Positions 12,401 through 26,169 of a DNA stretch of 64,000 nt are shown here, piece by piece (within the stretch, counting starts at the first letter, position 1; each line of letters opens with the position of its first letter). The DNA is from Trichoplax adhaerens (lineage: Eukaryota; Animalia; Placozoa), in the NCBI RefSeq assembly GCF_000150275.1, contig NW_002060978.1, forward strand, positions 1 to 64,000, given 5' to 3'. Below the pieces are notes generated by a model, which made no database searches, had not been told where the DNA came from, and saw only the letters and a list, made by a program, of their open reading frames with translations. A program made the position numbers and the translations under genes.

Positions 12401-15400
12401 AAATTTGCCTATTGGTTATTACTGATATCTAGAAAATTAAACGTTGCCAAGAAACGATTACAAAAATTAAAAGAATTGATGAAAATCGTTCAAGAGGTAA
12501 CTATTGCTCGTTATTAATGTAAGAGTAATTTCTGGGCAGCTTTTGCTTTGGAATATGTCAATGAACTTATTTATTACATTTCTTACGAATTATCAACTAG
12601 TCATCCGCTGAGCAACTACCACCGGATTTATTACAATTAACAGAGGAGCTGACCACATCCAATCCCGATAATAGGAGCGACAGCAGTGTATGCCTTTTCA
12701 TTGTTATTACCAAGATTTAACTATCAATCGTTATCAGTATTGCGACAGTATACTATGTCATCATTCTAGGTATCTAGTATTAATAGACCAAGATTGAAAA
12801 AATCTGAAAAATTACATACGGAAGAAAGTAACAAATCTGATGATGTGGACCACTTTCAAGAAGAGCAATTGCATAAACTGCAAGAAAAGCAAGAAAAGTT
12901 ATTACATTTAAAGAAAGTTCTCGAAGAACTAAAATCTTCTCTCTCTGATTCTCTGAACCTACCGCCAGCACCTACAGATGATGTAAGATTGAAATTATAA
13001 TCGGTTGTATAATTCTTGGTACAGGAATATTTGTTGCTAAGATTTCACATTATGTATCTAGCTGGCCGCAAAGAGTGATAAAAGGAATGATTTAGGTACG
13101 TGAAAACTTTTTCTGGTTTATCTTACTTTACGTAAATTGTTCCTGAATTTTATTGTTGATACTGATTTCTATTCAAGCTTTGAATAATTCCAATTCGGCA
13201 CTATGGGGTGAACTACGTAAGCGGCGCGAATTACAGGAAGAGCTTAAAAGTAAAAGAAAGCAATTGCAGCAATTGCTTGCTGTAGAAAAGGCAAAGGTAG
13301 ATTATGTGATACCGTAATGTTGTGTGATCGAAAGTGTTGTTGAGTCAGGGCCTTAATCATGTCAATTGTACTGTAGGAAATGGAAGGCTTGGCGAATGGG
13401 CCATCGTAAGTTTAGCTAAACCGTTGTATGACAATTAACTTCCAGCAATGTGTAGATAATATCTTGACCGAAGTAATGTTAACTTTAATATTGCACTTTA
13501 CAGAGTGAATGGCACCGAAGAAGTTATGGGGTTAGTCCTGTATTGACGTAAATGCTTCATATTTATACATACGTTGATGTACAGTATAGTGAGTAGAAAG
13601 ATTGGTTGTACATGATGTTGCATTTAAATAGAAATACCTTAATACTATTATGTAAAACATGATATGAAGTGTCACAATTTTGATTTAATTAACTAATGTT
13701 TATATTATCAATTTAGAATATGTTCTATTGAGTTGCTGTACCGTATGCAAACAGTATTACCTACCGTATAATAATAATTTTAATGATACATACGATCATT
13801 TTTCTCGAAAATAGAATTATGGAGTAATTATCATGATTTTGGTGAAAGTAGTCATATAAATAAATACTATGAAATCCCTAAGCCAAAGCCATGTGCAATA
13901 AATGCTCGGGATTAAGTCACAAGGCTAGGTTATGTACACATTTTGATACTTGTCAAAGTGATTATATTCTCTTGCTAATTAATAAGATATGGATATGACG
14001 GTGCCACCACTCAAGCAACGTGGGGTGGTTCTACGCCGGACGTTGGGGATTTTAACGCAAATCTAGAAGGTATAATCTATGATGCCTGTTTTTATCATAA
14101 TGTAACGCTTACATTCTAGCTATGTAAGTTTTTATTTTTAATGGTTATCCTTGAATGAATAATTTAAATTGACTTTTCGTTATTAGTAGCTTGGTTTTTG
14201 TACAAAGCGCGTAATGAATGACTTTATTAATATAGACGACTTGGATGACGGTTACGTTGCAACCAGAGGTATGGAAGAAGATTCTGCTTCTAGCGAATCT
14301 AATGAAATCGGTGAGCAATTTTGGATGGTTAATGTATTTGCCATTCGCATTGGTAAAGTTACATTGAAGCGAAACCGGACCTTGTAGCTTATCTCTGATC
14401 ATACTAATTGTTTATTAATTCTATAGAATCTGACGATAGGAAGGAATTTAAGTCTGATAGAAATCGTAGTAGAGACTATCGTAATGTTGATAATGATTTG
14501 GTAAATAATGAATTGGTAGTCAGCCAACTTTATGATGTACTGTACAGTAGAATTGATTCTTGTTTTTGACTGCCGTTAGTTGAGTAGGAAAGAGCTACTT
14601 GCAGTTAAAAGGCAGTATGCCGGCCTAGGAAAGCAAATGGATGGAATGAAATCTCTTTTACAATCGCTAGCAGTTAACTTGCGAGTGCCTTCCAAATCTG
14701 ATGAAGGTTAGGGATTGTATACGTATTGCAAATAACATACTTATGAGTGCTTGCGGTAGTCAGTATATAATAGGCTTACATAACGTGAATATTGCTATTA
14801 GAACGGTGAATTAATGAATTAAGCATTTGTTTAGCTCTTTGTACTAATGGACGTAAATTGTCAAATAATGATTTATGATGTTATATTACATTGTTATTCT
14901 ATATGCGTAGAGATGTATTTATCTGAACCTAATGAAAGACCAAATTTTGGTGCTGTCCGTAAAGGGCAGGATCAAGTATACATGAGGCAGCTGGAAATGA
15001 GTAATACATTAAACCAGTGTCTTTTACAACAAATGAAGCAACAACAGGAAATACAGGAAGTTCAAAAGCAAACGAACCAGCTGTATTGGATGTTCATGGA
15101 TCGCCGTCATAAATATACTGATCAGGGTTCGTTATAGAGTTCACTATCGTATATAGTAGAATGCTTGTTTAAATTTGCGGAACCGAAAGGAATACTCGCA
15201 TTGTACTTTATAGGAAGTAGTATTTTCAGATTATGTAGCCCGATTTATATCCTGAATTTTCTACTTTATGCAGCATTAGGCAGGTTGTACTCGGATTCAA
15301 GCTTGACATCGGGTCCGGAAAGTACTAACAACGAAAGATCATTCCAACGTTCAAAGAAAGGGTATGAAAAGGCAACTAGTGACTGAAAATAAAACAGATT

Positions 15401-18400
15401 ACTTTAGTTACGTGTTGCTGACTGGAAATGATGATTTCATCTAAGGATTCACTACCTTATCTAAAATGTCTATTAAGTTATTGTAATTAACATTTAACGT
15501 CGATCGAAAATTATCCTTGGTTAACTTTCCTAACTTAGCTTATACACGGATAATTAAGTGTTCGTCTATGTTCCGATAAATTACGTTTATCTATCTTATC
15601 TTAAGTAAAAGTCATGAAGATCTTTTAAGGCGGATAGCCAGCGATAGGTAAGTTGTGGTTTCTGCTGATTCTATGCTGCTTATAATGTAATATAAGTCAA
15701 TACATTAAAGGTACACGTTATTAAATGTAGAGAGTCTGGTATAACAAGTGCTACCGATCAGTCACTTTTCGAAACTTTAAGAGAGCCAATCTATTCTGAA
15801 GTAGCTGCATTAATATCTCAAAATGAGGACAGGCCTCACTTTTTGGTAATACTTACAATATAATAGCTTCACTGTACTGTGTTGTCGTGATAATGTAATT
15901 ACGAATGTAAAGAAGTTTTATTGTACGCATTTGCTACAGCATCGTTTATATATTTTCGTTAGATTGAACTATTCCGAGAACTACAACAGTTAACAACGGA
16001 TTATTTACGTCAGCGAGCGATATTTTCGTTACAAGACCTTACTAGGCGTTATTTGCGGGAAGATACCATAGCTACAAGAGAGCCACAGCGCAATCAACGG
16101 GTACGCTTTCTAATTAATTTATACTCCCAAGGGGCTCTTTAAGAGATCGATATCGCTTTCCAGTACTGTTGTAGACATGATGTAGGAATAATCAAGATTT
16201 ATTCTATTATTACTAAGCCTTGGGCGTTATCAAATGCTACTTCCGAGCATACACCAAGTGAAAGTATTGCTACCATTGATGATGAAGAAATGCAGGTAAC
16301 GCATTGGTGTTAGTTTATACTTCTGTAGACGTTTGTGTTGTTTAATTAAAATCTATCTTATTGCTGTAAATATTCACCTATTTCGTAAATGATTGCATTA
16401 GGCTCAACTAGGAGGGCGCCGTAGCAATCGAAGACATACTCAAGACGACGATATTAGCTGTTTGAGCTACGATTACATGGAAGTGGTTGATTCGGCTACA
16501 TCTATGGCCACTCCACCGTCCAACTCTAGCCCGTACGATTTACCTTTTGCTTCAGACTCTTTAGGAGATACAATTATCCACTTAGATAAGGTGATATGCG
16601 TAATTTACGAGCAGTTTTAATCATTTATTAAGATTGTACACGCTTAGTATGTAATTTCTACTAAGCTAATAATTCATTTATTATGATCCATTTGTTTAAC
16701 TATACAGGCACTTAAAGAAGTTAGAGCCGTTGATGAAAGGGCACGACGTGGTACATTCACGATAGGTAATTCTGCAGTGGGTTTCTTACGTTAATTTATA
16801 CTAGTCATCTACCATCTCGAGACTGCTTAATGGCGAAAATAATTCATGTTCAGAGCGTCTATGAATATTTGGAAATAAACTATCTTTTCAGAAACGGAAA
16901 TGGCCAAGGAAGGAGTTGATAAGATTTCGAAAGCAAGTAGTATTGAAAGTCATAAAAGGAAGGGCGATGCAACTTTAAGTAATAATAGCTCCGCTTATGA
17001 TGTTGAAAGTAGTTCATCGTTGAGCGATGTTCCTTACCCTCGCGTTAATACTCAAGAACTGGACCGACGAATACATGTGATTCTAAAGGTATAGATTTAT
17101 TTTGGCTTATTTTAGAACTAAGGAAATTAACCACGAAATTTTGTTACCAGGAACTGGTACCCTACATAAAGGAACACTCGCAGGAATCTTGTTCTTCGCC
17201 TATGTTAAGTGCTATTTGTGCTCGTGTTCTGTCGTTAGCACAGAATCAAACCGAAAATGAGGAGTTTGCAAGATTCTTTCATCGTCAGTTGAACTCAACA
17301 TTGATAGACTCGCTTGGAAAATATATTGGAAGAAGGTGATTGCGCAATTTTAAAGTTGTTATCAAGACTGTCAGTTAAAGATCTAGTGTGTATCGATGTT
17401 TTTATAATTTATTGATGTTATTCTTGTTATATGCTGCCAACTATCAAAGTATGAAGATCGTAGCACAGGAAATTCTAGTCGACATTTCAGAGATTCTATT
17501 TAATGAGCTAGCATTCTTTGAACTTATGCAAGATGTCGATAGGTAACGATTCTAAACCAAAGTAGCTAAGCTTTCACAATGGTATATCTGTAATAGTTAT
17601 AATGTGAATATTTATGCTAGCCACGAAAAATCAAGCCAAGAAATACCATCCTATTTACCCAGCGGTAGTGGTAATCAACAATATACAAGTGAAGGTAGCA
17701 AGATTTGCTGTGCTATGATGCAGTAATTTTAGACAAATTCCATCAGTTTGTCCTTGTCGTTTTTAAGTCTTTTTGGTGTCCATAATATTATCGTACTTTT
17801 ATATTTCTCACGCAGACGGGAATGATAATTCAGAAATTGACTCTGAAACTGAAGCGGAAAGCGCTGAAGATAAGCCAGTTGATTCCGTTCATGAACGAGA
17901 GGTAAAAACCGCAGTTGATATGCTATCGAAAGATAAGAGTGATCAATCTATGGACGTTGAAATGGAAGAATTAGGCAAAGTATGTACGATTAGATTCATT
18001 CTATGAAAGACATTGTTACATACAGAGTTTGTATCATTACCATTTTATCAAGCCTAACCTGAAACTGTAGCATTAATTTGATTCGTCTTCAAATAACTTC
18101 ATTTTTAACGGTAGGATCGCGACGATGCTATGGCAAATCAGTTTGAAGAGCGGTCAATTGAGCTGATGCAGGAAACGGAATTTATTGATTGTACTGGCGA
18201 TTCTGCGTAAGTATTTTCTATTGCTTTTAGTAGTCGGCTCAGGATTATTGCATTTGGCTTGTTAGCAATGATTAATTTCTGGCGTTACAGTCAAACGGAA
18301 GATTTTAATAAAATTAGTACTGGAAATAACTTGGATGGCAAACAACACTCGACGGAAGGCAACTCCACTATTAGCAATGAAACTATTACCGACGACAACG

Positions 18401-19243
18401 GCAATTCAGCGGATATGGAGGTACCAACCAGATTACTATTTATTCATGTGGATTAAATTTAAGGAACAATGCATTTTCAGATCTGATAGCAATGAATTTT
18501 CGCATCTTAGGTTAAATCATTTAGCAAACTCGATGATGAAGACGATCAGCACGTTGCAAATACGGGCACAGCAGATTTTGAGGTAAACACTAAGCAGCTA
18601 TAATAGATGTCATAAAACATATGCAGAAATTATGACGAAGCTAAAACTGATCTGCAATTGATCACTTACTTTGCGATGCTACTCTAGTATTGAAGGTGGA
18701 TAGAATTAATTGCATAGTCTCTTTTAACATGTACACTTCAAACGCTTCTTTAGAATGACGAATTAGGTGTTGAACATCTTCCTTCGAAATTGGATGTGAT
18801 GACCAAGGTTAGCAATGCTTGCTGTAATTACGGAGCTGAAATTGTAATTAATAGCAAAAGATTGTTCTATACGTAGTTAGCATATGTTGAATACGTATCC
18901 TGATAAATCACGCATATCAAATGATAGGAACAGCTGCTAGAAAAAATCGAGGATGAAAACCGCCAAAATGATCCAGTGGTAGCAGTAATAAACACTTCTT
19001 CGGATAAAGGTTTTTTATAGTAATCACAACCTTGAAAGTTGTGTTTTTATTTGTGTTAGGCAGTATTCGGTATCTTTAAAATAGTACTACTTTGGCAGAA
19101 TTGTTATGATCTTTTCTTTATTTTGGAGACCTAAGATTTTTTGCTCATTTACTATCGAAACAAACAAATAATCTTTAGAGCTGGCTTCCACTAATGAAAA
19201 CATCGATCCTGCTACTTTTGCAAGCGAAGCTTCCACTCAGTAA
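9470..19243 (+). CDS. PCM1: Pericentriolar material 1 (centriolar satellite scaffold), multi-exon
   Basis: C-terminal PCM1 domain: DQSLFETLREPIYSEVAALISQNEDRPHFL|IELFRELQQLTTDYLRQRAIFSLQDL (~15750-16040), also YPRVNTQELDRRI, FFHRQL, ILVDISEILFNELAFFELMQD. N-terminal PCM1-like motifs RITND (exon 9470-9586), RKIAFD, ERLMQVR, ATWGGST (~14015). Last exon ends ..SEASTQ* (TAA 19241-19243). An upstream exon ends at 8488 (ATG|GTAAGA). Confidence 0.93.
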
Positions 19244-22200
19244 CGGGAACATTTGAATAATTTACAATGCTATAAATGATTCATCGCTTATCATTACAGC
19301 TATCGAGGTTTACTTTATAGCGATATTGGCTAGGCAGATTAGTGGTAGTATCCAATACCAAACAGAGTTTTGTCGTAGATTGTTTTCAGTAGGAATGAAA
19401 TACTGCATCACGTATTGCATATGCAGTTAAATGGAGCTATACAATTGGAAGTTATTCCGGGTGATGAATAATCCCTGAGTTGGGCACTTGTAACATAGCT
19501 GTTATTTAATTTACGGCAGTCTAGAACTTACAATCATTCAATAATACTGCTTGCTTGTATGTATTTTATTTAAAGATCGCGACACCACCGGTAAATGCGC
19601 GTTTCATACTTTATTTCTTATATTCAATGTCGTCTTTAAACTTTAATTGACAACTATCAATAAATGTAATATTAATAATCCTCTTTTGAAAATTCTTAAA
19701 CGGATTGTTTTCACAGCACGCATTCTTGCTTATAATAAATGATTAGATGATGCGTGTATCCTTGCAGCTGTACCACTAAATGTCACTATCGATTAACAAT
19801 ATTATCAGTGCATTTTTTTAAGGTGATCCAGCCCTGTATATTTTAGATTTTCATAAGTTAACATGCAATAAATGCCACTGTTACCTTCACCTCGGTCAGG
19901 TTTTTATTGTATTTCTGAGATCGTAATTTGCCCATTGTTGGTATTAGTGTATTTGTAGGTCTTGGAATAACTTACGCATATGGCTTTGAATTAAGATACT
20001 ACGTAATACAAATGTAGATAGGCGTATTTAGGGTATTATACACTGTTACAGTAGAGAATGACGAGGGCAAGTGCTCTCACAATATAAGCATACTTATTTA
20101 CAGCTTCAGTCTTTGAGGCCTGATTGGTACCTGATAATGGTATTCGCAGATAAATCATGACGTGGTTTATTAACTTACTGCAGCGCTGAATCTTATAATT
20201 AGTAATTCAATAATTTATTATATTTAAACCTTGCAAGTGGATTTACGAGTGCTAACAAACTTGGCTTTCCTCAAGTGCAAGCTCACGGCTTACGCATATG
20301 TCAAGGTATTCTATCATGGATCAACGTAATACGCTATAATGAAATGCAGTACTTGATTAAAGATCTGATAAGATCATAAATTACTATGACTATCCGTAAA
20401 ATGTGGTTTAAATTTCTTTGTAACTTGGATAATAGCTTGGACTTGCTTTGCCGTTGTGGTATACTCTATTTATTCATTCAGTTTAATCGTAGTGTAAGAC
20501 TAGCCATGTACATGGGCTCTAACTGTAAAAATTTAACTATTTATTCTTATGAATACGTCACATAAAAAATGGTCAAAGTATGATGTCTTATGCTTAGAAA
20601 TAGATCTTTTATATGTACAGTACTTATATTTAACCGTGGATTATGACAATGGAAGTTCTCTATTAATAACTACATCACATACAATTGCGATAATAAACGG
20701 TTTTCGAATTTTTAAGCAATCTCCTACTTCGCTATAAATCTGTAGCAGCTAGCTTTCTAGTATTAGAAAATCTTACCAAGTGCACCTATGTTCGAAATAC
20801 GGTACCAAAACATTCATCAGATTGCTAGAAGATTAGTATACTATACTTAGTAAATATTTCAGTTCTCTACTCTAGGGCTACTAGGCTCGTCTGAAGCTTT
20901 CTTGCTAATCTTCTTTATTACGTAAGAGAAGAGTTTTGAAAATGTGGCAAAGATAAAAATTGCTATATGATTATATCTCTAAGCTTTAACGCTAAAAAAA
21001 AGGAAAGACTACGTAATGCTGCTTTCCTAATAACATTCATAACAATGTACGCATATCTTCTTTGCCTATGAATGTTATTGATACATTACTTTTACAGAAT
21101 GCAAATAGGTCAATTACGCGTATGTTGTACTTTAAATCACTAAGGAAGGTACCTTTGCTCTAACATTTAATAGAAGCAAATTACGAATCAGTACTTAGTA
21201 GATGTTGATAAAACAATAAATATTAATTATACCCAAGCTGTTTTGTTAAAAAGTAAATTTTGATAGCTATCATTACAAGTATGAGCACCTAGTCATTGGC
21301 AATTAGTGTGGTTAAATGTCCAAATACTAGTATATGCTTGCAATCTATAGCAATACTAGTAATATCAACACGTACACTGTACAGCTAAGATTACATAGGA
21401 GTTAGCAAGAGCTACGGATAGCTTAGAGGCATTAAATCGAGTTTGACTTAATTAGATAGAAGTCAATTTTTAAATTTAGAGCTCTATATTGTGCTATTGC
21501 CGAGGCGGCACCTCTAATTTATAGTGCTTTTGGAAAATGCAGTGGTATATTTGACCCCGAAATTGTAAAAATAAGCCATAAGATTGTAGATGTAACAGCA
21601 ACTATTGCTGATCGAATCGTAATTCAAATTAATCAAACTCATACAATCAACTTCGCTAATAACCATACACCCAGTTTCCGTAACAAAACTATTAATGTTG
21701 CTTGCCGAGCAGCTCTTCCAATTTAATACAGATTCTAAGGTAGTGTAATTTGATATTGAATATAAAGAGTCTAACAAAGCAGTTGATGAATGCCGAACCG
21801 TTAATAAGGTAATTACTTAGAGGCAACGCTATTGCGATGCAAGTATCGATTCAATGCACAAATTGGGTGTCAACTATATATGAAAGAATGGCTATTTACA
21901 AGCTGTCTTGATATTTTGTATTAAAATAAATAACCAACTTCGTTATAACCATTATAATATAAAGCAGAATTTAACTGAAATTGAATTGCACGTTTGGAAC
22001 TCATTACTACATACATAAGTGTATATTAAGTTTACAGCAACAGCGCTGATATCTGCGCGTAAAATACATTATACTGTATTGATTGCGCTGCTGAACATGC
22101 ACATCGTAGAATACTCTATCTTAACATACTGTATACTATACTGTATTATTGTAGACGTAAGTTTCAGTGAAAAGTGTAGTACTCGTACATAATAAATATA

Positions 22201-23076
22201 TTCATCAGTGTGAACAGATAATTTAAAGATTAAAACTAGTTCAAACTAGGTTATTTATGCATTGGCAATTATTCAATTTTTGTAATTAAGCTAGCAATTG
22301 CAGCGCATAGTTGATATATTGCTTTTAGAAATGTAAGATGTTAATTAGGAACTTTCTAGGCATCCAGTCGTACCTAATCATGAATAACTAAATGCAATCT
22401 TTTCATTTTGCCGTATATGTTACTTATTAAGCTAATTTATTACTAGTAATCAAAATTTTACCTTATACGCATGACATACCGTGCAAGTTGGTACTTGCAC
22501 GCATCTATTTATTTGTTCATTTCACGGTATTTATTTATTCAATTAATTATACAATGCTCTACAATATATCAAAGTTTTCTATCTATTATAATTATCATGC
22601 TCGGCACATTATCACTTTGCCGTGTTATCGCTTAGATATAATGGCTTGAATAAATTTAATGATACTGAAGGAATTTAGATAGCATAATTACTTAGCAAAA
22701 GTTTCCAATATTAATAACAAAGCGGCAAGATATGTAACTACGTTTATAGGTCTATTACTCTGTAATAGACGTACGCTTGTTGGTTGTACAAGAAAGGCAA
22801 TCGACCATAACCCCTATCAAAGGTGTTGAGGCTTAATTTTCCGGAGGCAGAAACATAAAGATATCATCCGAAATATGAAGCAAGTGTGCATTACCCGATA
22901 TAACTTACCACGGTGCGTAAGAGCATGTTTTGCTACAACTAAGGTAAACATTCAAACAAGTTGCTTTGTTGAGGCAGACTATTGCACCTTGTGCTATCGG
23001 TATCCCTTCAAGTAGCTAGGGACAGTAATTTGACCTACAGTTAGGGTAATCGTATACAAGAGGCGTTCCTAATTTT

Positions 23077-23094
23077 TATAAAAACCTATAAATA
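23077..23094 (+). promoter_or_regulatory. Candidate TATA box of the CRD-protein gene
   Basis: TATAAAAA and TATAAATA about 25-30 nt upstream of an Inr-like TTCAGA (~23116). Plausible UTR exon to donor GTAAAA (~23223), acceptor TTACAG at 23716 just before ATG 23730. Confidence 0.4.
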
Positions 23095-23729
23095 AGTGCA
23101 GCGTATCGCTTAAATCTTCAGAACTTTCTGGTTCACTGCCCGCAATAATAACAAAAATTTGGCTGTTCCAGAACTGAAACATTCGAAGTTCATCTTTAAA
23201 AATTCCATTTCCAGTCCTCGTGGTAAAAAGCTACTAGCGTTTATCAATCTCAATTTAAGTAAACCTGATTTCCCTGCCTATATTCTCGAGCTATCGTACC
23301 ATTTTATTGGCAAGCAGACAGTTGCAGCGATCACTTTCAGTCTTATACTTTATTTGTCCACTATAATTAGCGTAGTAGACGGTACATAAATTAGTGTCTT
23401 CTTGTCCTGTGGTTATAATATGTTTTGTTATTTGCTGCAAAATGCGAGTATATCTTGCTTTCTAATCTTGCTCTCTTATTTGTAATGATAATATTGTTTA
23501 CTCCAGTTACATGAAGTCAGCTTCATGTTGTCTACAATTGGTAAAATATCAAATTTACTTCAAGTAATTGACTTACAATAAGCATATTACTGTATTACAA
23601 GCTAACTGAACAGGATGCTGCTATCAACATTTCAGCAATTATTGACCGTCCGAGTTTCTTGACTATTACGCTATTGATACTGTACTGATTGCTTTCATTT
23701 TTGCGTCTTCTTACAGATAACTTGTAAAA

Positions 23730-26169
23730 ATGAATCGACGTTTCAGTTCTATTAAGTCTATAACCCACTTACTTATCCTGATGGTTATGATGTCATCGAC
23801 GTTAGCATTAACTGCAAATTCTTTAAGATTGAAACCGGAGGTAAGGTCATTAAATCAAGATACGCGCATACGAATCCAAAAGGCTACTTGCAGATAATTT
23901 CAAATTAGGTCCATTTCTAACTGATATGCAATAGGCTATATGTTCAATAAGCATATATTTTATTTGCTTGTTCAGTATTTAACTAAGTTACCTAATGTTG
24001 ATTGAGGATACTAAAGCATATCATACCATAATTACATAATGGTTTTAACAGTTTTGGTACCAACAGTAAAGAATAATTACAATAGTATCGTACTATAGCA
24101 TATGAATTAGAACATGCCTAAGGTAAAACTAAACTTAAACTAAACTAGTGATATAATGCTCTTCAAAGCCAATGTTATATGGTTTACGATTCCATAGTAC
24201 ATGCAATCTGATAATAAATGGCTTGCAGTTATTCTCATGGCAGGATAAAGATATAATTTCTTATAATTAAACATTATAATTGGCATTTCGCAAACCGTAA
24301 ACTTATTAACAAGTCAAGCTGCTATTGATTAAATCACAAGAACATATAAGTTGCCTTCAGATTCCATAAAATTCATCAGCTTTATACATAATCTTTTGAT
24401 AGGCTAAAATGCATGACCTAAAGTTCCTGTTACTTTATAGCATTGTTGGCATTTAAGTAAATGATCACTAGAGGTCTATAACCGAATTTTTCTCTTCACT
24501 TCACCAAGCTTTCATTCGATATAAAACATCAGTAATGTACAAAATATTAAAGCTATCTTGACATTCGAATAAGGAAGAGTGAAGGTTTTGTTACGATTAA
24601 GAGTTAGATTATATGAATTATGATACTCAGACTATTAGTACTTCATAGCTTTTATTTAAATTTTTTAATGGTTTATTACAATCACGGATTCGTATACGAG
24701 CTAGTGTTCCGGTAATCTTCGCCAATGTTATTTAACCGCATTGCCAGATGACAACTGTCAGCTTCTCTAACAACAAATAGTAGAAGGTTAACTCCTTGTC
24801 GACTAAACTAAAGAAAAATTGAGTTCCTTAACGTGTTATATTACACGAAACAAACAATATCGCAAAACGTTAGTCATCAACGACCAGTATATAGTCTACG
24901 ATCAAAATCACTACGTTCCATAATTATTTACAGTGCTGACTTATTTACTCTTAAATTTGCTATTACTGTCACTTCAATGGTCGCTTATGTATTAAGGTAT
25001 AAGCAGAAAGATCAACATTTTATTTGATTAAGTTCTGTATTATATTGGAAAATAAAATCTTTTGCCAGTGTTACGGTCAATTTATATATTTTTTGGTAAT
25101 TTACATTTTTTGATGCTGAAATAATAAAATACTATTAATTAATATGTTCTTATGATAAATTTAGGATGTAATTTCATCTTATCGCTCAAATCGCCAAAAG
25201 TTAGCCCCATTAATTTATGGTACTTTAGGAAAATGCGTCAATATGCCAAGTAAAGCCACTCAATTTTGCTCATCGAGCTACATGATACCGGAAGTTTCAG
25301 CAACTATGGCTGCTGGAATGGCGCATGAAATGAATCTGTCTATGGCAATGATATTTAACACTAATCCTACAGCGACTTGTCGTAATAAAGTTGCAGATGT
25401 TGCTTGCAGGTCAGCTTTCCCAAAATGTGATTCAAACGCAAAGACGGTAAGCTTTGATGTGCAAGATGGAGAGTGTCTTAGAACAATTAATGAATGCCCA
25501 CTTGCCATTAAATTAGTCCTTCAGCAACAACGATATTGCGATTTAAGTATACGTAGAACGAAAAAATTGGGTATTTGTGTTAAACCTAAAGTAACGGCTT
25601 TAAAAAATTGTCCTAAATCGCAAGCTGATGTAGCAGTACCAGATTGGCTATCTCATGATTTGCAATTTCAAGATAATACCATCACTGTTGCTCAGGCCAT
25701 GTTAATTGCTGCTAATGTTAGTCAAGAGTGTACAAAACAGATAGGCTATTTCCAGTGTACCGGTCAGCCATTTTGTGCAAATGACAAAAAAACGGTCGTT
25801 AGCTATGGCAGTAAACAACGATGTTTGCAAGCGATGCAATGGTTAGTATTCTTTCCTCGCTATAGCGTAATAATATTTTTTTTGCATACAGCAAACGAGT
25901 TTCAAACGCTAAAGTTTAATAGCTTCTAATTTTGGTCTACAATGTAACACGATATTCGATATCCTTGCTTTCTTCTTTGAAATACTTATAGCTTACCGCC
26001 GCCGATGCGAAGTGCTCCACAAACATATGGTTTCTGTGGCCTCTTCGTTGATGAGACCGAAGCTGAAGTGTATACGAATTCAGCAAGTCGCGTGATGAAA
26101 AATTCTTTGGTTGTGGCGTTATCATCTATACTTGTATCTTTATGGGGTGTTTTGCCACCAACTGATTAA
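23730..26169 (+). CDS. Secreted, probably GPI-anchored cysteine-rich protein with two tandem Frizzled-CRD-like modules (3 coding exons)
   Basis: Exon 1 (23730-23840) MNRRFSSIKSITHLLILMVMMSSTLALTA is a signal peptide. Exon 2 (~25166-25841) holds two similarly spaced Cys modules (KCVNMP..FC..C..ACRSAFPKC..C..C..YC and ICVKP..C..C..FQC..PFC..C). Exon 3 (~25992-26169) reads C..FC..TNSASRVMKNSLVVALSSILVSLWGVLPPTD*. Splice phases are consistent. Confidence 0.8.

Noticed and set aside
19300-23050. Gene-free ~3.7 kb with short ORFs (20549, 21514)
   Set aside because: No coding signature, exon chain or RNA-gene motif found; probably 3' UTR plus regulatory DNA.
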